From contig OX442314.1 of NCBI GenBank assembly GCA_949358305.1, positions 29,078,001 through 29,142,000 on the forward strand: 64,000 bases of DNA, read 5' to 3'. The stretch comes from Strigamia acuminata. Lineage: Eukaryota. The stretch's first letter is position 1, and each line of letters opens with the position of its first letter. Below are positions 1 to 12,769 of this stretch, piece by piece. The translations under genes were made by a program, and so were the position numbers. The notes beneath the pieces are model-generated. The model was not told the DNA's origin, did no database searches, and worked only from the letters and a program-made list of their open reading frames with translations.

Positions 1-133
1 AAGGTTCAAATAAAGCATGTAAATGGGTTTGCCATTGGTTAGAACTCCCAAAGCAGGTTCGTCGACGTCAATCGGAGGCAAAATTAACAACAACACACCA
101 CACCAAGTCACCACCACTATGCTCTGCCCACCT

Positions 134-345
134 CAGGGGCGGATCTACATAGAGGCTAATGGGGCTTGAGCCCCGGGCCCCCAAATTCTAGGAGGCCCCC
201 AAGACGCAGGGTCATGTACTAAAAAAAAAAAAAAAAAAAAAGTCGCTAAAAAACAAGAGATGAAAGATCGCTATTAAAAATTTCAATAAAGGGGCCCCGA
301 AAAAACCTCAAGCCCCGGGCCCCCGAAAAGCTAGATCCGCCCCTG
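134..345. mobile_element. hAT-type MITE with 8-bp TSD
   Basis: TIR CAGGGGCGGATCTA...TAGATCCGCCCCTG. Perfect 8-bp TSD GCCCACCT at 126-133 and 346-353. The paralogous empty site is at ~5115-5135. Confidence 0.9.
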
Positions 346-1055
346 GCCCACCTACCAAACTTATTCTGTTAACTCAAAAAACCAATCCGTTATTTGTCCA
401 TGATCAGCACATTAAAGCGTTTCTACTGTCAATTAATGTAATTGTATTGTGTATAATTCATTCGTAACTTTTGGCCAACCCTCAATAAAGTGTTTGTATT
501 CGAATATTTCTGCAACTAAGTAGTAATCACAGATTGTGTTCACGAATCTAGAGTAAACATGAAATGGGCAATTCATTAAACAACACAAATTTGGATTTTC
601 AACAATGCTTTATGGTTTTTCACATTGTAATTTTAAAAGTAATAATGCCATATGAAAAATGCCAATATAAAGTTGTAGAGCATCATTTGTTTAATCTGAA
701 ACTATTAAAATCAAATTTTTTTTCCCACAAATTTATTGATAAAAACTCAATTTTCTATTGCTGCAGCTTGCCAGTTGATAACTCACGATATTTTGCAAAA
801 AGTATTTGACAACATCTTGTATGGGTTGCAAGCATGTATCACTGCAGGTGGAGAATACTTTAAATGAATTAATTCGTAAAAAGTCCTCATTCAGCATTAA
901 AAACAAGTCTAAAATTCCAGAAAAATGGAGACTGTCAGATGGTTTTAGCTACCGTGGCAGTGAAGCTTCACAGGGAGTATTTTTTTAATCCTAGCGGCGC
1001 ATAATACTCCAATGGTGCACCTTCACCTGAACCACTGTCCGATCCAGAGCGTGAC

Positions 1056-1190
1056 CAAAAATTTAAATTTTTTAACCAAAAATTCAAATTTTGAACCAAA
1101 AATTCAAATTTTGAACCAAAAATTCAAATTTTGAACCAAAAATTCAAATTTTGAACCAAAAATTCAAATTTTGAACCAAAAATTCAAATT
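1056..1190. repeat. 20-bp minisatellite (AACCAAAAATTCAAATTTTG)n
   Basis: About 6-7 direct tandem copies visible. Confidence 0.95.
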
Positions 1191-1399
1191 TAGAAAGAAT
1201 TTCTAGAAAGAAATAAGAAGTCCCGCGCTGATCGGTGCAGTCAATCTTTGAACAAATCGTGGGAAAATCTATGGAAATACGAAGTAATAAGAAAATTTAA
1301 AATGTTCCTACAGCTAATATGAAGCAAAATATCGTAAAGACGGCGACATTGGTGTGGACTATTGGCAGTCCTCAGGGTTAAAGAGAACAGGTTTTGTCA

Positions 1400-1660
1400 T
1401 CAATTAATACCAAGCCTATTCATTAGATTTGCTGGTCCATTGCTTTGGAGGGGTATTGGCATAAAGTTGGCCCCCAAGATAAAAGTCGGGAAATTGTTGG
1501 AAACAAACTGGGTCTAATCAAAACAATTTACAGGTCCATTTAATTCATTGAAAGGGTTATCTACTCAAATCTATAGCTTTGATGTGACCAATACTTGGGG
1601 AGGGAGATCAAATTAACAAAGGCCAACTTGAGACAATTCTGACCCAACAAGCATATCAAT
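1400..1660 (-). mobile_element. Possible highly degenerate Penelope-like retroelement fragment
   Basis: The frameshifted minus-strand reading VNLISLP...LLSLGPNFMPIP resembles the region N-terminal to the RT of Penelope-like elements. Many stops; weak support. Confidence 0.25.
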
Positions 1661-1729
1661 GATTAGACGTTTAAAAGTTAAAAGTTTTTAAAAGTTTGAT
1701 TGTTGGATGTTGGGTCAGAATTATTGATC

Positions 1730-1903
1730 CTCGGTTTTGATAGTAAAATTCCCAATGTGTGGTCACTGTTTGGTCGTGAATTTTTCCATAACTAATTTCA
1801 CAAGTCTTCTTTACAAAATGGCTGAAGAAAAATGTAAAAGAATTAAAAATAAAAAAAGTTATTTAAAAAACAAAACTGTTCGTTACTATTTTGGCCCATC
1901 CTG
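1730..1903. mobile_element. Right-end fragment of a Tc1/mariner-type MITE (same family as 47642-48485)
   Basis: Ends TTTTGGCCCATCCTG-TA. Internal sequence matches 48325-48485. The same terminus occurs at 8806-8822. Confidence 0.7.
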
Positions 1904-2246
1904 TATAGTACAACAGTGGTTTGCATTGGTTGTTGCAAACACAACAATTACCACTTTTCTATTCTCTATTTTATTTACATGGTCATGGAAAAAATTGACT
2001 CAAAGATCGACTAAAAGAATTGATCACATGAGCACTAAAAATTAATGGTATAAAAGTACTATAAAACTACGTATACTCGTATAAACAGGAATCAATTAGT
2101 ACTTAATGCACGTTTATGACAGTTTGTTGAACAATGTCTTCCGCTAGTTCTAAACTTTGCATCTTAAATTTTAATTTACGACTTGTTGACAAAAACTAAA
2201 CCTATTTGTCATTCCTGAAAGTGTACGCCACTCTGCTGCAACTAAA

Positions 2247-4930
2247 ATGGTTCATCAAGAAAAACTATTTACTCGCACATGCAAAGTGAGACGAAAAGTC
2301 AGACCAAACAAAATCGGGTATGGAAAACAACCTGTTCAAAGACTTCAAACTGATTTTTTGGGATTGAACAAATTGTGTGATCAATCACACAGCGTATTTT
2401 TCAAATTGGTTTGGTTCCTTCTTGTCGTGGCTTGCTTCACTGCTTGTTTGATCCAAATTTATGCGCGCGTGAGCGTTTTCTTAGATGGGGCATTTACGCA
2501 AAAAGTAGAATTCCGACCACAAACATCTTTTTTATTTCCTTCGGTCACTCTATGCAATTTGCATATGTATTATCTAATGATTTATATAACATATAACCGA
2601 AACACTATGAACAATGAGACACGTAACTTAATCAACAGCGATGTCGACGAATTATGGACTACATTAGGTAGAATAAATCCCGACTACAACCACTTATGCG
2701 CAGTAAGTAAAAATAGTTCATTTAAAATTTAGTGTTGGCATTGCGATCGTTGCCATTGGACACATTGAAATCAGTAACCGTTAGGATCACTTTTCTGCAC
2801 ATTGCCCTTACGTATTGAACATAATAATGTTTTTCCTGGCCAAATGCAAAGTTTACTTCTGAAGTGCATGGCGGGGCAGTATATTGTATATAAAAAACAA
2901 ACTCGTTGTTCTTTTCATGCATTTTTAATGTAGTTGATACACAAATGTACAATTCGTTTAAGCTAAATTATATTTTTAATAGGGAACATTAAACATTGGA
3001 CCCACCTGTGGAAAACAACTTTTTGAGAAAATAACAGCAAACTCCGTTAATACAGTAACTGGAAATTGTCTGATGCTTAATACGAGTAATACGTAGAATA
3101 TAAGTTATCAGATTATTGAGAACGTTATTGTGAAAAAGTTTCTATAGGCTTGTACGGTATATTTCATGTGCATTGCCATGAATAATCGCCACAGAGATTA
3201 AATCCACTCTTCAATGTGAAGGGGCGCATTTAGAGTCGCGAAAAATGGAATCGCGAATCCAGAAATCGCAAATCCAGGAATCGCAAATCCTGAAATCGCG
3301 ATTTTTTGTGCTGTGAGACAGTATAACGCGACTCCTGGATACCGCTAAGCAGTGTGTAGCGAATCCAGACTGTCGCGAATCCATGAATCGCGATTCGCGG
3401 TTTAATTGCACACGCAATTAAATCGCGAATCGCAAATCTGTTAATCACGAGGGATGAACTAATCGGCAGCCGTTGCCAGTCGAACGTCAGCTGTCGAATG
3501 TCGCGTCCGTCGGACGTGGACTGTCAGCCGTCGAATGTAGCAGCCATCAGAAGTCGACTGTCGCGCCGTCAGCCGCGACGGCCGACAGTCGACGTCCGAC
3601 GGACGCGACAGCTGACTGACGCGACATTCGACAGCTGACAGGTGACGGTCGACTGACGACTGTTGACTGACGGCTGTGACAGTCGTCGGCTGCGACAGTC
3701 GACAGCTGCCGATTAATTTCGGCTATTTTGGGTTAATCCGAATCGTTAGCTGCCGGCTGACGATTAGTCCATCCAGTTTGGCATGAAAAAACTGCAGTTT
3801 GACATAATGCTTTTTTCTAATTTCGCGATTTCTTTTTTTCTCGTTTTCCTATTTTCGCGATATATTTTTTCTCGTTTTCCCATTTTCGCGATATATTTTT
3901 TCGCGACAGTAGCGCCACCCCAATTTTCCTGTTTTCACCATATCTCTGGGCAACGATCAGTTTCCTATAGAAACCTGTTTGCAATAACGTATGTCCGAAG
4001 TTCGATTGTATAAGAATTATATAATTACAGATGAAAAAATGGAGTACAAAGGTCCATTCACTTTTTTTTATTTGAGCTGGAACAACACCGTTGAGGCTCC
4101 CTATAATGTACCAAATCTATTTGTAAGGTTATACGTGCGAGGAAAACAAGAAAAAAAAATGTGTATAAAATGCTACGGTTTCTTTCAGTTTTCTCTCCAC
4201 AGTGATACTTTACAGCATGTGTATGACGGTCTTGTAGTATCTGAACCAGCCAATATCAATTTTCTAACTGAATACCGAATATTTGGGAAAGAGGTGCAGT
4301 AACACAATTTTAAAAAGAAACGAATGCTTTCCAATATGAATCCAAATTTTAGTTTAAGAATTTGAATTTACCTCGCAATCCCTGTGCACCGGCAGAAGAA
4401 GTTACAACCTGCATAACTAATTGCTTAGACATATTATTAGGAAAGAAGTCAACTTGTAGGTAAGATTCCAATGCATGTAGGTTAGAACTGTTTCATCCGG
4501 ATGTGTATGTAATCTAATCTCTCACTTTTTTGTCAGATTACCATTTTTCAATTCCACGCTACCACGTTGCACCAGATTTAATGAAATTGAGAAAGGATTT
4601 TGGGTTGGTTGGGATGCAGCAACCAACATGGTCGAAAATGTTAAACCTTGTCAGTGTAAACGTAAATGTAACGAGATCAAATACACATTGAATAAGGAAA
4701 CGCAGACAAATAATGATAGCTCAAACAGAACAGGGTTGTTTTTCCGTTTTTCAGCGGACACACACGAAACGATTATAGAGTGCCAACTGTTCTCGCTTTC
4801 AGCTTTGTTCAGTGAAATTGGTGGAACCCTCGGTTTATACCTTGGCATAAGCATTTTCACAATTGCTGATCTCATTAGCTTTCTTGCCAGACTTTCAATT
4901 TACAAGTTCAAACGCTTACTACTAAAATAA
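2247..4930 (+). CDS. DEG/ENaC (ASIC/pickpocket-like) channel subunit, copy 1, ~418 aa
   Basis: Exons 2247-2702, 2983-3085, 4031-4122, 4189-4293, 4353-4459, 4537-4930; all GT-AG, frame continuous. Motifs: TM1 (LVWFLLVVACF), FPSVTLCN, GNC, thumb cysteines (PCQCKRKC), and TM2 SEIGGTLGLYLGISIFT. Confidence 0.9.
3219..3920. mobile_element. Nested MITEs in intron 2 of ENaC copy 1
   Basis: The outer element has imperfect TIRs (GGGGCGC...GTCGCGAAAAA / TTTTTCGCGACAGTAGCGCCACCC) and is rich in TCGCGA. The inner element (~3451-3774) has TIR GGATG(A/G)ACTAATCG(G/T)CAGCCG and is rich in GTCGAC/CAGCTG. Both are absent from the paralogous intron at ~10735-10765. Confidence 0.8.
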
Positions 4931-6011
4931 TAAATTTAATACCGCTTCAGTTCAGCTTTCAGTAAACCACATCACACCTAGATGAATCTCAGCACTAGCA
5001 CTACCATATTAGGAATGATAAAAATAAAACCTCCAGTAAAGTTTAATACATATTGAGGTTTGAATGTAAATGGGTTTGCTTTTGGATAGAATGACTCCCC
5101 CACCAGCACTCTAAGCTCTGCCCACCCCCCAAACTATTCTATTCACTCAAAGAAACAATCCATTATTTGTCATTGAACTCATGTTTACTGCTGGCTTCCT
5201 CACGCATCAGAAAAGAGTTCCAAAAACTTTTCAATTAATTGAAAAAGAGCACATTAGAACACTCCTATACTATGAATTCAAATTACAATCATACATGCAA
5301 ACACTTTCTAAAATTGTAATTCTCACATGTCATTTTTCCGTATGTTATTGCTAAGGGGTGCCTTTCCTAATTGGGCAGTTTAATGCATTTTATTCAACTA
5401 GATGAGTGGATCATTTTGATGGATATCATGAATATGTGAATAAATTTCCTACTGTACCGATAGTGATTCATTAGAAATTTTATGCCATTTCTCTCAACTT
5501 GTACTTTCCAGTTGAATATTCTCGAATTGTATCTCTGTCCGAATGTTTATTCGGATTTCGGAATACAATATAAAAAGGTGTGAAAATCTGATGATTTTAC
5601 AGATGAATTATATGTTATTATTTGTGACGTCTTATTCTTAGTGATTGTAGTATTTTACTTGTTGTCTACCATTATGCTTTATTTTCATATTTGTCAGGGT
5701 CAACCCTTCTCAATGTTAATCTTTTAATTGAGAGTTTTCCCTTAGTTTGTTGAACTCCAGTTTTCCTGGAATTTAATGTGGGTCATCCATTCAAAACCCT
5801 TTTCTTTTAATTTATGAATAAATAGTGTCACCTTTGCTTTCAAGACGTGTGGTCGTGTGTTACTTTTCTCTGTTCAAGACGCCATATTAGATCTCATCAA
5901 CTTCTTAAAACGACAACATCATTTGTATCCAAGAACTTGAGAATATATTGCTACTGTAGGTTTGAACAATACTTAATTTTATTAAAATTTAACATTGGTG
6001 CCGAAACCCAA

Positions 6012-6309
6012 TGTTGTGATTGCATTAATTAAAACAAATATTGTAGTTAATGTGACTTGTAATAATATTTCGTTTGATATTATGATGTAAGAATGCATGT
6101 GTACGCATTTGTGTATATCTATAACAATCTCCTAGGAAACAATATCATGTAAACACAAACTCCATTCCGAATATCGAAGCTTCAATAAGTGTAACAAAAT
6201 TGTATTGTAAGCCAGTTGTTTTCATATAAACAACTGATTAACCAAATCAAAATAAACGTTACGAGTTTGTGATTTCTTGATCAACTGGGTTTTATTTGAA
6301 GACATAACA
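6012..6309. mobile_element. Solo LTR inserted at the PBS of the older element
   Basis: TGTTGTG...CATAACA ends, 5-bp TSD CCCAA (6007-6011 / 6310-6314), internal AATAAA. Absent from the paralog at ~12920-12945. Confidence 0.85.
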
Positions 6310-6636
6310 CCCAAAATCATAAAAACATAAAAAATAGTAAAAGTGTTCGAACTTAAGAATAGAGCCTTCCGAGCGGCCATATTGGTCACCAAGACACTAT
6401 TGACCATGATAACCACTGCACTAAATGGACGAGCAGCAATTCCGCAAGCCACAATCAAATTATGGATGAAACAGCTCGAACAAAAACAAAAGTGAGACCA
6501 ACTGACATTTGACGCCACTCTGGATCTGACGTAAACCGACCAAGAAATTGACGACATGTTACAGGCGCTCGACGCATTTGAAGATCGTTTGGCTGCCTCA
6601 AGAGCGGACTTAAACAGGTACATTCAAACATATTAT

Positions 6637-6718
6637 CAGGGGCGGATCTAGCTTTTCGGGGGCCCGGGGGTTGATGTTTTTTCGGGGCCCCAATAGCCCG
6701 GTGCTAGATCCGCCCCTG
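6637..6718. mobile_element. Short hAT-type MITE, same family as 134-345
   Basis: Same TIRs. TSD CATATTAT (right copy interrupted). The empty site is at ~13236-13243. Confidence 0.85.
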
Positions 6719-6859
6719 CATACGAGTATTATCCAATTGTTCCGACTCAGAATTTGAGAGCGGACCCAGAAGTCCAACCAGCAGCGAACATCGACGCACT
6801 AGTGGCAGCCATCACTGCAGTAGTGACAACAGCAATACCACGTACTGGCAGTTATAGCA

Positions 6860-7580
6860 CTTCACGTGCTTTACATCAATTTGTAGTTCGCCACTCTAGT
6901 CGCCGCTGCGTTCACCGCCCCGTTGGTTCCCCATCATGTGGTGGGACAAATTTACCTTGTGCAGCTTCTCAATCTGATCCTCGTCACCCTTCTGTCGTGT
7001 CCCCTCCTGCAAAATCATGTGCCTCAAGTTGATCATCGTGACCTCGTCGTCGTTGCACATGTCGAAGGCTCGCAGGATACTGTGGTAGTCCTTCGGCAGC
7101 GTCTAGATAATCATGGTCCCAACTTCCTGCTCCGATACTTCGCCTCCTACCGCTCGCAACTGGTTTACCATCAACTCCATCTTTTGCAGGTATTTGGTGG
7201 CTGTCTCGTCCTTCTCCCAGCGCATCTTGGTGGGTTCGCGTCGCAAGATCGTCTGTCTTTGGCGCGCTCGCCCGCGGTACACTTCTTCCAGTTTCTCCCA
7301 GCACTCGCGTCCCGTGTCTTTGTTAATGACACAGACGGTCTGGGCGGCGATAATGTCCAAATTAGCAGTCAAAATGTCCAAAAACGCACGGAAATGTCTT
7401 GCAAAAGACTAGAAACTCAGGCAGTTGAATGTGTTGGGAGCACATAACCCTTTGTTGTTATTCAAGAAGAGAAGATCGCATTGATTGATTGAGATTGATA
7501 CGGTTTATTCGCACACGCTATTCAAACACGAACCGCACGCTGTCTTAACGTAACCAGAAGTGATCGGTAGTCTCTTTACA
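6860..7580 (-). mobile_element. Ty1/copia remnant: gag fragment, PBS and part of the LTR
   Basis: Minus-strand ORF 7103-7381 (CWEKLEEVY...ETATKYLQKMELMVNQLRAVGGEVSEQEV) is typical of the copia gag UBN2/Retrotran_gag_2 region. GGTTATGTGCTCCCA (7449-7435) resembles the copia half-tRNAiMet PBS and sits next to a ...CA LTR end. Confidence 0.8.
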
Positions 7581-7583
7581 ACG

Positions 7584-8506
7584 TGTTGGGTCCGTGAGAT
7601 TACAGATAACTCCCCCTGACGGTGGAGACCCTCATTCGGGATTTCGAATAAACATTACCAGGTGACACAAAATAACTACAAAATCCACTCACAAGTCAGT
7701 TTGATCAGAACGGGTGAGTACAAGCTAGCTTGTGGTGACCCAGCGGGTGGTCATCCCTCCAGTGGATACCATCCGTGTGAGTCACTAGGAAAGGTCAGTT
7801 CCCTCGCGTTGGCTCCGCCTTCCCCCCCCCCTGGGAAGCGCGTGCCCCGAGGAGGTGAGGTGGCGCACGGCCGGCCCCCATTGGCCGAGCCGGGCCCCTC
7901 ACCCTGGCCTATATCAGGTAGAGTTTCGCGCCCTGAAGACAGAACTTACACAAACGACACCAAGAACACAGCAACTACCTCACTGTCAGGCCAACTTCAC
8001 TAAAAAGTTAGGATTGATCGAGGACCGCTGATTCCAGTGCAACTGTAACTCTCACGAATTTACACTGTGTTATTTCCCCGCGAAAGCAGGAAAATAACCC
8101 TTGTGGATTCACACCGAATAACCGACCCACGGTTATTCCATCGTGAAGTGTCCGAGCGCCCTGTAAGAAACTCCCCGTTTCTGGTCAGAGCCTTGCGACG
8201 CTAAAACCAACCCCTAGACAACAGGCACGGATAGAAGACTCGAGAGAGCATTCCACCGCGTCCGTGAACGACGAATCCGTGACGAATTAACGACAACTCG
8301 AGACGCCGCCTTTGTTCCGCCGACCACGCGGAACCGACGACGCCATCTTAAGAAATCCTTTGTTCGACTCTGACCAAGTCGACTCGAGATATTATACTGA
8401 GTGTATTTAAGGCTCACGCCTATTGAATAAAACCTATTTGTTCATTTACATACATTTGGTATTCTTTATTTGGGTATTGGCATAATAGATCACAGGTAAA
8501 GTAACA
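7584..8506. mobile_element. Probable large solo LTR
   Basis: TGTT...AACA ends, near-TSD AACG/CACG, GC-rich interior, AATAAA at ~8426, no credible ORF. Confidence 0.5.
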
Positions 8507-8825
8507 CACGTTAGCTCATTAAAACCTATCACCAGGTAGGACGCGACAAGCTTCAAAACAAAGCTTTGAATAAAAACGCAAGCTTCTATTTGCCCAAGCG
8601 GGTGAGTTTTTAGCCGCTTTTTCAAGTAAAAGCAAGCTTGTAAATTTTACCCGCTCCCATTTAACTATATTAAACTATATTTTCTATTTTACCAGGTGAA
8701 CAACGTACCACTTTCCGAGAACGTGACAACTAAACATACGAAAACAATAATTAAAAAAGAATTAAAAATAAAACAAGTTATTAAAAACACAAAACCATTC
8801 ATAACTTTTGGCCCACCCTGTACAA

Positions 8826-9431
8826 CAGTAGGTGCATTCGAAAAGTAATTTGCACTAAATGACCAGGGTGCAACTAATAGTGTAAATGTCAAGTTAAACG
8901 ACCCAATTTTCGTGTTTAAAAATAAATTTCTGTGTAAATTTCAGTGTAAATTCAAGTGTAAATAAATTAGCCCAAATAATAACCATAGTCATTATTGCTG
9001 TTATTTACTCTAAAAAAAACAAGAGATTATAAAAACATGATTATAAAATTTAAATTTATTTAAATTATTTTTATTATTAAAATTTATTTAAGAACGGGGA
9101 ATTGACTGAACATCCGCCTCAATCGCACAAATGCGGTCGAACACCGGCCCCATTCGTTCGCAAGAATGCCGCTAATAACTGCTACAAAATTGTTCTTACG
9201 ATCGAAATCGTTCCAACCGATCTAACAAAAATCCAAGATGGCTGCCAGCAAGACCTGATTTGAACGAGAAAACTCGTTGAACGGAGATTTAAACGTAAAC
9301 GTGGCATGCTGGCCATTTCCGCATAACCAGTTTACACGACATTTACACGAATTAATTCGTGTAAATGTCGTGTGAAAACGAGTGTAAACACATTTACACT
9401 CGTTGTAATGACTTTTCGAATGCGCCTACTG
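8826..9431. mobile_element. MITE with 21-bp TIR
   Basis: CAGTAGGTGCATTCGAAAAGT...ACTTTTCGAATGCGCCTACTG, with internal GTGTAAA repeats. Absent at the paralogous site ~1914. Confidence 0.85.
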
Positions 9432-9791
9432 ATTTGCATTGGTAGTTGCAGACACAACAATTAACACTTCTCTATTCTGTGTTTTATTCACAAGTTCATG
9501 GAAAAAATCGACTACAAGAATTGATCATATGAGCACTAAAAATTAATGGTAAAAAAGTACTATAAAACGTGCTGTTTTTATGCAGTAATAAAATTATGTT
9601 TATATTGTCGTTGTTTTGTACATGAATTAATAGGAATCAATTAGTAGATAATCCACGTTTACGACAATTTGTTGAACAATGTCTTCCGCTTGCTCTAAAC
9701 TTTGCATCTTAACTTTTAATTTATGACTTGTTGACAAAAACTGAACCTATTTGCCATTCCTGAAAGTGTTTGCCAATATTCTCCAACTAAA

Positions 9792-11761
9792 ATGGTTCAT
9801 CAACGAAAAATATTTCCTCGCACATTCAACGTGAGACACCAAGTCAGACCCAAAAAGGTCAGGTATGGAAAACAACCTGTTCAAAGACTTCAAACTGATT
9901 TTTTGGGATTGAACAAATTGTGTGATCAATCACACAGTATATTTTTCAAATTGGTTTGGTTCCTACTTGTCGTGGATTGCTTCACTGCTTGTTTGGTACA
10001 AATTTACGCGCGTGTGATCGATTTCTTAGATGGGGCAATTACACAGGAAGTAGAATTCCGACCACAAACTTCTTTTTTATTTCCTTCGGTCACTATATGC
10101 AATTTGCATATACATTATCTAATGAAGCACACAGAAAATGACCGAAACGCTATGAACAAGAAGATACGTAACTTAATCAACAGCGATGTCGACGAATTAT
10201 GGACTACATTGGGTAGAATAAATACCGAACTCTTATGCGCAGTAAGTAAAAATAAAGTTCATTTAAAATATAGTGTTGGCATTGGACACATTGAAATCAG
10301 TAACCGTTAGGATTACTTTTCTGCACATCGCCCTTACGTATTGAACATAAAAATGTTTTTCCTGGCTAAACGCAAAGTTTTCCACTGAAGTGCATGGCGG
10401 TGCAGAATAGTGTATTTAAAAAACAAGCTCATTGTACTTTTCATGCATTTTTAATGTAGTTGATAAACAAATGTACAATTTGTTTAAGCTACTGAAAATT
10501 ATATTTTTTAATAGAGTGCATTTAACATTACACGCATCTGTGGAAAACAACTTTTTGAGAAAATGACAGCAAACTCCGTTAATACAGCAGTTGGAAATTG
10601 TCTGATGCTTAATATGAGTAATGCGTAGAATATATCAGATTATTGAGAACGTTATTGTGAAAAAGTTTCTACAAGCTTGTATATTTCATGTGTATTGCCA
10701 TGAATAATCGCTACAGAGGTTACCTCCACTCTTCAATAGAAATGCTACCAAATCGAAATCGTCCCAATTTTCCTGTTTTCAGACTATCTCTGGGCAACGA
10801 TCAGTTTCCTGTAGAAACCTGTTTGCAATAACGTTTACACAGTAGGTCAGAAATTCGATTAAATAGCAATTATACAATTACAGATGAAAAAATGGTCTAC
10901 AAAGGTCCATTCACTTTTTTTAATTTGGACTGGAACACCGTTGAGGCTCCCTATAATGTATCAAGTCTATATGTAAGGTTATACGTGTGAGGAAAACAAG
11001 AAAAGAAAAATGTGTATAAAATGCTACGGTTTCTTTCAGTTTTTTCTCCACAGTGATACTTTCCAGCATGTGTATGACGGCGTTGTAGTATCTGAACCAG
11101 CCGAAGTCAATTTTCATACAGTATACCGAATATTTGGAAAAGAGGTGCAGTAACAGAATTTAAGAAAAAAAATGAATGTTTTCCAATATGAATCCAAATT
11201 TTAGTTTAAGAATTTGAATTTACCTCGCAATCCCTGTGCACCGGCGGAAGAAGTTACAACCTGCATAACTAATTGCTTAGACAAATTATTAGAAAAGAAT
11301 TTAACTTGCAGGTAAGATTGCAATGTATTCATCCAGACGTGTAGATGATCTCTCTCACTTTGTTTGTCAGATTACCATTTTTCAATTCCACGCTACCACG
11401 GTGCACGATGTTTAATGAAATGATGGAAGGATTTTCGGCTGGTTTGAATGCAGCAATCGAAATGGTCGAAAATGTTAAACCATGTCACTGTAAACGTAAA
11501 TGTAACGAGATCAAATACACATTGTATAAGGAAACGCAGACAAAAAATGATAAATCAAACAAAACGGGGTTGCTTTTCCGTTTTTCAGCGGAAACACACG
11601 AAACGATTATAGAGCGACAAATGCTCTCGCTTTCAGCTTTGTTCAGTGAAATTGGTGGAACCCTCGGTCTATACCTTGGCATCAGCATTTTCACAATTGC
11701 TGATCTCATTAGCTTTTTTGCCAGACTTTCAATTTCCAAGTTCAAACGCTTTCTAAAATAA
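9792..11761 (+). CDS. DEG/ENaC channel subunit, copy 2, ~414 aa
   Basis: Exons 9792-10241, 10515-10617, 10884-10972, 11040-11144, 11205-11311, 11371-11761. Same motifs as copy 1; frame intact. Confidence 0.9.
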
Positions 11762-12769
11762 TGAATTTAATACCGCTTCAGTTCAGCTTTCAGTAAACCA
11801 CCATCACACCTAGATGAATCTCAGCACTACCATATTAGGAATGATAAAAATAAAACCTCCAGTAGCGTTTAATACATATTGAGATTTGAATAAAGTATGT
11901 AAATGGGTTTGCTTTTGGATAGAATGACTCCCCCACCAGCACTCTTAGCGCTAACCACCCCCCAAACTATTCTATTCACTCAAAAAAACAATCCATTATT
12001 TGTCGTTGATCAGTGCGCTCTCAGTACTGCTGGCATCAGAAAAGAGTTCCAAAAAACTATTCAATTTATTGAAAAAGAGCACGTTAGAGCACTCCCATAT
12101 TAATAAAATAAAATAAATAAAATAAATAAAAATAGTGTGTGAATAATTGGTGTAAAATTAAATACTTTTGTGGGTTTTTTCAATTGTTTTGTGGGTGTCA
12201 ATAATTTGATCTCATTGTATTGCATATAATTCAAGGTACAACCATATATGCAAACACTTTCTAAAATTGTAATTCACACATGTCATTTTTCAGTATGTTA
12301 TTGCTAAGGGGTGCCTTTCCTAATTGGGCAGTTTAATGCATTTTATTCAACTAGATGAGACGATCATTTTGATGGATATCATGAATATTTGAATAAATTT
12401 CCTACAGTACCGATAGTTATTCATTAGAAATTTTATGCCATTTCTCTCAACTTGTACTTTTCAGTTGAATATTCTCAAATTGTATCTCTTTGTCCGTATG
12501 TTTCTGCGTGATATAATGTAGGAAGGTGTGAAAATCTGATGATTTTGCAGATGAATTATTTGTTATTATTTGTGAAGTCTTATTCTTAGTGATTGTAGTA
12601 TTTTGTTTGTTCTTTACATTTTGCTTTATTTCCATATTTGTCAGGGTCAACCTTCCTCAATGTTAATCTTTCAATTGAGGGTTTTTCCTTAGTTTGTTAA
12701 ACTCCAGTTTTCCTGGAATTTAATGTCAGTCATCCATTCATTAAGAATAAATAGTGTTACCTTTGCTTT

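Larger units (their letters stand above)
5850..6800 (+). mobile_element. LTR-retrotransposon remnant (LTR end, tRNA-Phe PBS, degenerate gag start; BEL/Pao-like)
   Basis: ...TTTAACA followed by TGGTGCCGAAACCC (5996-6009), complementary to the tRNA-Phe 3' end. A decayed coiled-coil ORF follows. The left boundary is uncertain. Confidence 0.6.

Noticed and set aside
5300..5800. Possible degenerate coding sequence on the minus strand (also 12260-12730 and 500-1000)
   Set aside because: Too many stops and no recognisable motif; cannot be assigned without a search.
6754..7447. Plus-strand ORFs of 92-174 aa
   Set aside because: Antisense to the copia gag remnant.
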